Origin: Bacteroidia bacterium
Lineage (GTDB): Bacteria > Bacteroidota > Bacteroidia > NS11-12g > UBA955
Reading direction: 5' to 3'
Length of the DNA stretch: 64,000 bases
Assembly (NCBI GenBank): GCA_030158725.1
Contig: JAOASJ010000119.1
Coordinates: forward strand, 10,439 to 74,438
Of the stretch, positions 57,489 through 64,000 are shown piece by piece; within the stretch, counting starts at the first letter, position 1, and each line of letters opens with the position of its first letter. The position numbers and the translations under genes are program-made. The notes below the pieces were generated by a model. It had not been told where the DNA came from. It was given only the letters and a program-made list of their open reading frames with translations, and did not search any database.

Positions 57489-59030
57489 ATGCAAAACATA
57501 GCAACAGTATTAAAGCAATTAGGCATTAAAAAACTTAATGAAAGTGTTTGTACAGGCGTCAATTGGATTAGCGCAGTTGGCAGTACTAACCGCGAAATCG
57601 TTTCTCCTGTGGATGGGAAAAAAATTGGCTCTGTAATTTTCGCAACAGAAACTGAATATGAAGCGGTAATGAAACGTGCACAATCTGCTTTTCCTATTTG
57701 GAGAGCTATTCCAGCGCCTAAAAGAGGTGATATTGTGCGCCAATATGGTAATGTTTTGAGAACTTACAAAGATCAATTAGGTGCTTTGGTAAGTTATGAA
57801 ATGGGTAAAAGCTTGCAAGAAGGAAAAGGAGAGGTGCAAGAAATGATTGATATCTGTGATTATGCAGTGGGTTTAAGTCGTCAAATGTATGGTTTGACCA
57901 TGCCAAGTGAAAGATTGAACCACCGCATGTTTGAGCAATGGCATCCACTAGGAGTTGTTGGCGTGATTTCAGCATTTAATTTTCCAGTTGCTGTATGGAG
58001 TTGGAATGCAATGATTGCCGCAGTTTGTGGCAACGTTACAGTTTGGAAACCGTCTGAAAAAACTCCTTTATCTGCAATTGCTTGCATGAATCTAATGAAG
58101 TTGGTTTTAGAAGAAAATAATTTACCTGAAGGCATTTTTACTTTGGTTAATGGAGATGCTAGTATTGGAAAGATGATGGCCGAAGATAAACGCATTGGAT
58201 TGGTTTCTGCTACAGGAAGCACCGCAATGGGTAAATCAGTCGGTAAAACTGTTGGAGAACGTTTGGGTAGGAGTTTGTTAGAATTAGGCGGAAACAATGC
58301 CATTATATTAAGTGAGCATGCAGATATGAATATGGCTTTAAGAGCGGTTGTATTTGGTGCTGTGGGAACTGCCGGTCAGAGATGTACTACAACAAGACGT
58401 TTAATGGTGCATGAGAAAATTTATGATGACTTTATCAAAAAACTCATTAAAGTATATAAGCAATTGTCTATTGGTAATCCTTTGGATGAAAATAACCATG
58501 TTGGTCCTTTGATTGACCAAGCTGCGGTAAAACAATTTTCAAGTGCAATTGAGCAGTTGAAAAAAGAAGGTGGTAAAGTATTGTTTGGCGGAAAGGTATT
58601 AAGTGGTAAAGGTTACGAAAGTGCTTGTTATGTTCAACCAGCAATTTGCGAAGCTCGCAACACCTACAAAATTGTTCAAGAAGAAACATTTGCTCCGATT
58701 TTATATGTTATGAAATATAAAAATATTAGTGAAGCCTTGGCTATGCAGAACGATGTAAAACAAGGTTTAAGTTCTGCAATTTTTAGTAATAATATTAGAG
58801 AAACAGAACTTTTCTTGTCTTCTGCAGGTAGTGATTGTGGTATTGCCAATGTTAACATAGGAACAAGCGGTGCCGAAATTGGAGGAGCTTTTGGCGGAGA
58901 AAAGGAAACTGGGGGCGGAAGAGAAAGCGGCAGCGACAGTTGGAAAGCATATATGCGCAGACAGACCAATACCATAAACTATGGCGATACCATGCCATTA
59001 GCACAAGGTATTAAGTTTGACTTAGGATAA
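57489..59030 (+). CDS. Aldehyde dehydrogenase, ALDH7 / piperideine-6-carboxylate dehydrogenase type
   Basis: AFNFPVAVW.WN, WKPSEKTP, SATGST, LELGGNNA, GTAGQRCTT, EETFAP, FGGEKETGGGRESGSD.WK.YMRR. Confidence 0.9.
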   Translation: MQNIATVLKQLGIKKLNESVCTGVNWISAVGSTNREIVSPVDGKKIGSVIFATETEYEAVMKRAQSAFPIWRAIPAPKRGDIVRQYGNVLRTYKDQLGALVSYEMGKSLQEGKGEVQEMIDICDYAVGLSRQMYGLTMPSERLNHRMFEQWHPLGVVGVISAFNFPVAVWSWNAMIAAVCGNVTVWKPSEKTPLSAIACMNLMKLVLEENNLPEGIFTLVNGDASIGKMMAEDKRIGLVSATGSTAMGKSVGKTVGERLGRSLLELGGNNAIILSEHADMNMALRAVVFGAVGTAGQRCTTTRRLMVHEKIYDDFIKKLIKVYKQLSIGNPLDENNHVGPLIDQAAVKQFSSAIEQLKKEGGKVLFGGKVLSGKGYESACYVQPAICEARNTYKIVQEETFAPILYVMKYKNISEALAMQNDVKQGLSSAIFSNNIRETELFLSSAGSDCGIANVNIGTSGAEIGGAFGGEKETGGGRESGSDSWKAYMRRQTNTINYGDTMPLAQGIKFDLG

Positions 59031-59067
59031 TTTTTAATAACTATTTGTTTATATTAAATAATACCAT

Positions 59068-59075
59068 TAATTTTG
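59068..59075 (+). promoter_or_regulatory. -7 element (TAATTTTG) for the LytTR regulator
   Basis: Exact consensus 22 nt before the ATG, in AT-rich context. Confidence 0.5.
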
Positions 59076-59097
59076 GTTTATTATTAAACAAATAGGG

Positions 59098-59838
59098 ATG
59101 AAAATACTTTTAGTTGAAGATGATTTACAGGCTATTGAGCATATAGAACGGCTTATTAGCAATCACTTTTCGAATTATTTAATAGTTGGTAGGGCTCGAA
59201 ATGTCAAAGAGGCTTCTAAGATTTGCAATTCTGCTAGACCGGATTTACTTATAATGGAAATTCAGTTAAAGCAAGAGTCAAGTTTTGAGTTGTTTGAATA
59301 TATAGACGCTTCACAATTAAATGTAATTTTTACCAGCCATTTACCGGAATTTGCATTTAAAGCGATAAAGTTTGATGCAGTTGACTATCTTCTTAAGCCA
59401 TATGGTTTAGAGGATTTAAAAAAGGCCATAAAACGTGTTGAAGAACGCTTGAAATTAATGCAGATTCTTCAAAATAATAAGGATTTACTTAAACTTGATC
59501 GACATGCCATTGGTAGTAATAAAATTATGATTTATGGCAATGAAAAAATGAATCCAATAAGTATAGACCAAATTATTAAAATCAAATCACAGGGTGCATA
59601 TTCTGATATATACTTGATTGGCAATAAAAAAATAACTTCGTCAAAACACTTGGGAATGTATGAGCGTTTGTTAGAGGATAAACACTTTGTAAGGATACAT
59701 GACAATTGTTTGGTCAATGCAGAGCAGGTGGTATCCTATAAGCCGGGAATAAATGCCAAAGTAATATTGAAGGATGAAACATCTGAAAGTGTTTCTAAAC
59801 GAAAGAAACGAGACTTCTTAGATTATTTCAGGGCTTAG
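59098..59838 (+). CDS. LytTR-family response regulator with atypical receiver (Glu at the phosphoacceptor position)
   Basis: LLVEDD, PDLLIM-E-IQ, VIFTS, DYLLKP; LytTR domain F.RIH...LVN, VSKRKK. Confidence 0.9.
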   Translation: MKILLVEDDLQAIEHIERLISNHFSNYLIVGRARNVKEASKICNSARPDLLIMEIQLKQESSFELFEYIDASQLNVIFTSHLPEFAFKAIKFDAVDYLLKPYGLEDLKKAIKRVEERLKLMQILQNNKDLLKLDRHAIGSNKIMIYGNEKMNPISIDQIIKIKSQGAYSDIYLIGNKKITSSKHLGMYERLLEDKHFVRIHDNCLVNAEQVVSYKPGINAKVILKDETSESVSKRKKRDFLDYFRA

Positions 59839-60566
59839 AAAATTGACAAATTGTTGCCATTGTGTTTACATAAAACAGAATAGGCATTTGGTTTGATTTT
59901 TTTGTAAGGCGTAACAGATACAATTAGGTTTTTAATTTTTTGAATCATCTTTCTTTTGAAATTGTTTTTGAATTGGAATTCAATCAGCTCATCGCTGGTG
60001 AAAAGAAAGCGTTCATCAATAACTTCAAATCCTTCACTTTTTAATAAAAATTTGAAAAGTGCTGGTGTGTAAATATTAATATGACCGTAGTCTAAGTAGT
60101 GTTTTATTTTCTCATCAACAAAAAAGCTGAAATCAATAGGCACTTCAAAATATTGGAAGTCGGATACTCTTGCGATTTCTCTTAACAAAAGTCTTGGATG
60201 CTCAACATGTTCAACAACATGGCTACAAGTGGCAAGTTCAAATGATTTGTCTTCGTAAGGAATATGGTAACCATCAAACTTTTTTACTTCCTTTAATGAA
60301 GATAAATTTCTTGCCGTTATGGCTGCTATGCCTGAGTCAGAAATTTCTAAACTGCTTAAATTGTCTGTGAATTTTCGCTTGTCCAACCATGATAAAACAG
60401 CCCCATCGCCAGAGCCAATATCTAAAGTCTTTTTTGATGAATGCTTAGCGCATAAGTCAATAATGTTAGAAGATTTTTGTTTTCCACCAAGGTCTCGCCA
60501 CTCGGAACTTTCATTTAAATATTGCTCATTATAAGTAGCTGAAATTTGATTAGATGCCTGACTCAT
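59835..60566 (-). CDS. Class I SAM-dependent methyltransferase
   Basis: LDIGSGDG, LEIS, PY.D.SF, SHVVEHV..P. Confidence 0.88.
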   Translation of the reverse strand: MSQASNQISATYNEQYLNESSEWRDLGGKQKSSNIIDLCAKHSSKKTLDIGSGDGAVLSWLDKRKFTDNLSSLEISDSGIAAITARNLSSLKEVKKFDGYHIPYEDKSFELATCSHVVEHVEHPRLLLREIARVSDFQYFEVPIDFSFFVDEKIKHYLDYGHINIYTPALFKFLLKSEGFEVIDERFLFTSDELIEFQFKNNFKRKMIQKIKNLIVSVTPYKKIKPNAYSVLCKHNGNNLSIF

Positions 60567-60570
60567 TAGG

Positions 60571-60578
60571 CAAATTTA
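60571..60578 (-). promoter_or_regulatory. -7 element (TAAATTTG), 4 nt before the ATG
   Basis: Exact consensus, CCTA spacer. Confidence 0.7.
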
Positions 60579-60637
60579 ACCATTTCGTTTACAATATCAA
60601 TTTTTTGTTGATACTTGGTATTTGAATGGAGGGTAAT

Positions 60638-61402
60638 TTAGTAGTTTACTAAATATTTACCTTTTAAATCAACCCTTAAATGAGGTGGATTTCTCATGAG
60701 TTCAAAATAATTATAACCCTCTTGTATGTTTTTCCAAAATTCAATTCTCAATGGATCGAAGTTATAATAGGATTTTAGGTATTGCCAATTGCTGGCATCC
60801 ATTCTACAAGGATATATATGAATCGGAATATGATAATTGGTGTCTCGGTTATTTTGAGCTTGTATATTACACCAATATAATTCTTTAATGATATCGTCGT
60901 TCATTGGCAAACAACCAATGGTTACGCTATCGCCATGAACAAATATTTGACCTCCATAATTTCCTTTCTTACCAAGTATGCTATCACTTTTATTGGGATA
61001 AGAAACTTTATATGAAAGATAGAAATTACTGTAGGGGTTGTATTGGTTTATGTGGTAATATCCTTCAGGAACTTGATAATCGCCTTCACATCGTTTAGGG
61101 CCTAGTGAACCAGATAAAGTCATAATGCTATAGGTTTTAATAAGTTTATAGCGGTGGTGAACACTATCTGCTCCCCAAAGTTCCATTGTTTTTTCCTTCT
61201 TGAAAACTCTCCAATAAATGAATCTAGGAGGGTATTGTAAACTGGCAGATGTAAATGCTTGTTTTAACTCATCATCGCTACTCAAACGAGCATTCCAAAC
61301 CCTTTGGTTGCCCAATTGTTTTTCAGTATAAATTTGAGGCTGGGCATAGACGTATGCAGCCCTTAGTCCAAATATTAGTAATATAAATAGACGCAGATGC
61401 AT
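60638..61402 (-). CDS. YkuD-family L,D-transpeptidase-like protein (YafK/DpaA subgroup)
   Basis: Signal peptide VYA|Q, FK.EK.MELW, GPK..EGD.QVPEG.Y, SYPN..D, G..IFVHG..VTIGC.PM (His/Cys dyad). Confidence 0.88.
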   Translation of the reverse strand: MHLRLFILLIFGLRAAYVYAQPQIYTEKQLGNQRVWNARLSSDDELKQAFTSASLQYPPRFIYWRVFKKEKTMELWGADSVHHRYKLIKTYSIMTLSGSLGPKRCEGDYQVPEGYYHINQYNPYSNFYLSYKVSYPNKSDSILGKKGNYGGQIFVHGDSVTIGCLPMNDDIIKELYWCNIQAQNNRDTNYHIPIHIYPCRMDASNWQYLKSYYNFDPLRIEFWKNIQEGYNYFELMRNPPHLRVDLKGKYLVNY

Positions 61403-61408
61403 TTTGTT

Positions 61409-62842
61409 TTAGTCAACCACAGATATTTTAATGCTATTGGCCATAGACTTTTGTTTAATTGGCATACTTGCAGTATGAATTACAATATCATCTTTTTTAA
61501 CTAGGCCGTTAGATTGAAGCACTTCAATTACGTCTGTAAATGTTTGGTCGGTGCTTTCATATTTGTCATAATAAAAACCTCTTACACCCCACACCAAACT
61601 CATAGATTTTAACAAAGGTTTATTGTTTGTGAAAATATAGATTTCGGCTCTCGGTCTGTATGACGATATTTCTAGTGCAGAATAACCAGATCGGGTCATT
61701 CCTACTATAGACTTAGCCTTTAAATGGTCGCTCATTCTAACAGCAGTAAAGCAGATTTCATCAGAAATGAAAGTGTCGCTTTGTGATGTAGGTTTCGCTC
61801 CTTTGTAATATACTCGTCTGTCTTTTTCAACGTCTTTAATGATTTTTTCCATGGTTTCAACAACCTTAATGGCGTGTTCACCAACACTTGTCTCTGCGCT
61901 CAACATTACTGCGTCAGCACCGTCAATTACAGCATTTGCCACGTCACTTACTTCAGCTCTTGTTGGTGTAGGATTTACAATCATAGATTCCATCATTTGA
62001 GTAGCAACAATAACAGGCTTAGCGGCCTTCATGCATTTTTCAATGATGTTTTTTTGGATAATCGGTAAATCTTGAAGCGGCATTTCAACTCCTAGGTCAC
62101 CTCTTGCTACCATGATTCCATCAGTAACTTCAATGATGTCATCAATATTGGCAACTGCTTCAGGTTTTTCAATTTTGGCAATGACTTTAGATTCTTTACC
62201 AGCAGCTGCTATTCTTGCTTTTAAATCGATGATGTCTTCAGCTTTTCTAACGAAAGAAAGACCTATCCATTCGATGTCATTTTCTAAACCAAATTGTAAA
62301 TCAAGAATGTCTTTTTCAGTTAAACTAGGGAAAGAAACATCTGTATGTGGCAAATTAAATCCTTTTTTTGATTTTAACGTACCGCCTGTAACTACACTTG
62401 CTTCAACATCTGTTTCGTTTAATATTCTTTCTATTTTTAATTCGATTTTTCCATCGTCAATTAAGATAAATTCTCCTGGCTTTACGTCATTTGCTAAATC
62501 AACATAACGGATGCAAATTTTTTCAGCATTTCCAATCATTTCATTGGAGGTAAGAGTTAAAATTTGTCCTTTTGTGATTTCTATAGCATCATTTTCAATA
62601 AGACCTATTCTCAATTTAGGGCCTTGTAAGTCTTGTAAAATACAAACATCAGAGTTTAATTCTTCGTTAATACTTCTTATATGTTTTATTACTTCCAAAT
62701 GGTCAGCGTGGGTACCGTGGGATGAATTAATTCTGCATACATCAACTCCAGCTAGGATTATGTTTTTTAACATTTCTCTTGAGCAGGTAGCCGGACCTAT
62801 GGTAGCTACAATTTTTGTGCGGTTAAAATTCGATTTATACAT
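61409..62842 (-). CDS. pyk: Pyruvate kinase
   Basis: TKIVATIGP, RIN.SHG, DLQGPKLR, GLSFVR, AKIEKPEA, MVARGDLGVE, ATQMMESM, PTRAEVSDV. Start moved to ATG 62842. Confidence 0.97.
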   Translation of the reverse strand: MYKSNFNRTKIVATIGPATCSREMLKNIILAGVDVCRINSSHGTHADHLEVIKHIRSINEELNSDVCILQDLQGPKLRIGLIENDAIEITKGQILTLTSNEMIGNAEKICIRYVDLANDVKPGEFILIDDGKIELKIERILNETDVEASVVTGGTLKSKKGFNLPHTDVSFPSLTEKDILDLQFGLENDIEWIGLSFVRKAEDIIDLKARIAAAGKESKVIAKIEKPEAVANIDDIIEVTDGIMVARGDLGVEMPLQDLPIIQKNIIEKCMKAAKPVIVATQMMESMIVNPTPTRAEVSDVANAVIDGADAVMLSAETSVGEHAIKVVETMEKIIKDVEKDRRVYYKGAKPTSQSDTFISDEICFTAVRMSDHLKAKSIVGMTRSGYSALEISSYRPRAEIYIFTNNKPLLKSMSLVWGVRGFYYDKYESTDQTFTDVIEVLQSNGLVKKDDIVIHTASMPIKQKSMANSIKISVVD

Positions 62843-63290
62843 AGAAGTCTTCAAAAAATAATTTGTTGTTAAGGATGTTGTTGTAAAAATGTGATTTCTT
62901 TGGGATTAATTCAAAATTAAACTCAAAAATATTTTCTATATCTGGATTTTTCTTAATGGCTTCAATTGCTCGTTCAAAGTAATTGTATATATCATCACCA
63001 TTGCAAATTAAGAAAAAGTCGAATATTGGTTTGCTTTGAAAAAAATAGGCATGGGTGCCTTTGTTTTTGATTAGATGCCAAGTTAACTCGACATCTTCAA
63101 ACGGATAATAGTAATGGCGGTGTCTGCTCATCAAGTTTTCTACACCAACTTTTTCCCAATCTAAGTTGAGTGAGAAATTCATTTCAAAACTATTGTTAAT
63201 GTGCCAGGCCAAGGTATAATCAGGCAAAACGGTTTTGATACCGGCTATCTTAGGGAAGGTTCGCGATAAATCAAAATCTAATTTGTCCAT
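62835..63290 (-). CDS. IPExxxVDY-family protein (degenerate motif)
   Basis: I.GI.T...DY.LAW.IN pattern and position upstream of pyk. Start moved to ATG 63290 because ATG 63302 is only 1 nt from the -7 element. Confidence 0.7.
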   Translation of the reverse strand: MDKLDFDLSRTFPKIAGIKTVLPDYTLAWHINNSFEMNFSLNLDWEKVGVENLMSRHRHYYYPFEDVELTWHLIKNKGTHAYFFQSKPIFDFFLICNGDDIYNYFERAIEAIKKNPDIENIFEFNFELIPKKSHFYNNILNNKLFFEDFYV

Positions 63291-63303
63291 GATTGAAGCC
63301 ATG

Positions 63304-63311
63304 CAAATATA
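63304..63311 (-). promoter_or_regulatory. -7 element (TATATTTG) for IPExxxVDY-pyk-ldt
   Basis: Exact consensus on the minus strand. Confidence 0.65.
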
Positions 63312-63359
63312 GACAAATCAAAACCATTTAGGTTTTAATAATTGTTAAGAATTAGAAAA

Positions 63360-64000
63360 TTATTTTATTTCTAGAACGCGGTTAACAGCGTCTAAAACTT
63401 TAGTTGGTGACAAGTCTTTCATACAAGAAGCACCAAGCTTGCAAGATCCTCTGTAGAAGCATTCGCAAGGTTTGTCTGGCATGACAATTTCACCTTTTCC
63501 GAATAAATCGAATTCATTGGGATTAAAGATGTTGTTCATGAGAACAATTTTCTTTTGTAAGCCCAAAGTTAAGTGCATACCCATGGTTACTTGCGTTACA
63601 ATTAAGTCACATTGATCAATCAAATTGATGAATTGTGACAATGAGAAGTAACCCAAATATTTGGCATTACTTGCTGCTTGTATGTTTTTGTTTCTGTTGT
63701 CTTCTTGTTCACCCCCAAGTAAAATCACTTCAAAACCTAGAGCGATTAAAGATTTGGCCAATTCAGCAAAATACGTTTCAGGCCATAAACGGGTGGTCCA
63801 TCTGTCTCCACAACCTGTATTTAAACCAATGATGGTTTTGCTACGGTCTAATTCCGGCCATTCAAAACCTTTGTTGCTATGGTTGTCTAAAAGATAGGGT
63901 TCTCCATCATACACTAAACCACACATTGCATAAATTTCAGTGCAATAATTCAATGTATTCGCTTGACTAACATCGTCAAATAAACCAGTATGATATTTGT
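63360..64000 (-). CDS. Glycosyltransferase family 9 (heptosyltransferase-like), C-terminal part; begins beyond the window
   Basis: Frame stays open to the window edge (KYHTGLFDDVSQANTLNYC...); IGLNTG....W..R.WP...FAEL, L.GG..E, C.CF....C, CM. Confidence 0.8.
   Translation of the reverse strand, partial: KYHTGLFDDVSQANTLNYCTEIYAMCGLVYDGEPYLLDNHSNKGFEWPELDRSKTIIGLNTGCGDRWTTRLWPETYFAELAKSLIALGFEVILLGGEQEDNRNKNIQAASNAKYLGYFSLSQFINLIDQCDLIVTQVTMGMHLTLGLQKKIVLMNNIFNPNEFDLFGKGEIVMPDKPCECFYRGSCKLGASCMKDLSPTKVLDAVNRVLEIK

Noticed and set aside
1-64000. tRNA, rRNA, CRISPR, IS, integrase, prophage or defence genes
   Set aside because: None seen: intergenic gaps are short (largest about 240 nt), with no cloverleaf, spaced direct repeats, terminal inverted repeats or relevant ORFs.

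Overview
AT-rich (about one-third GC by eye), very densely coded chromosomal segment from an aerobic member of the Bacteroidota. The assignment rests on TAnnTTTG -7 promoter elements, no evident Shine-Dalgarno motifs, a T9SS cargo protein and phylum-typical gene neighbourhoods (DUF4783-nadC, adk-obgE, rpmB-rpmG-DUF4295-ftsY-rimO, IPExxxVDY-pyk). It is mostly housekeeping and cell-envelope DNA: pepA (5'-truncated), pdxA, uvrB, nadC, obgE, adk, wecB, mreBCD-mrdA-rodA, menI/menF, M1/M28/S9 peptidases, rlmD, DUF4175-tsaB, an OmpA-like protein, ftsY-rimO-bshC, namZ, a TetR-TolC-MFP-RND operon, apaG, dapD, galE/wbpD/sucB, kdsC, an ALDH7-type dehydrogenase, a LytTR regulator, a YafK-like L,D-transpeptidase, pyk and a truncated GT9. 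I saw no tRNA, rRNA, CRISPR array, IS element or prophage, and no clearly new multi-gene system. The most interesting signals are regulatory and structural: (1) two head-to-head genes that overlap by 11 nt, each with its promoter inside the other's CDS; (2) repeated placement of the ATG 4-5 nt after the -7 element, suggesting frequent leaderless mRNAs; (3) an OmpA-like protein with a Cys-rich, degenerate peptidoglycan-binding domain; (4) an orphan LytTR regulator with a natural Asp-to-Glu change at the phosphoacceptor site; (5) a 49-aa DUF4295 (bL38-like) gene missed by the ORF track; (6) a terminator-like hairpin abutting the nadC start; (7) a helical-repeat/CAP fusion protein and a TetR-archaemetzincin-GT-C triad. 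Family calls come from motif recognition, not database searches. Several starts were moved from the ORF track using promoter position and N-terminal homology.
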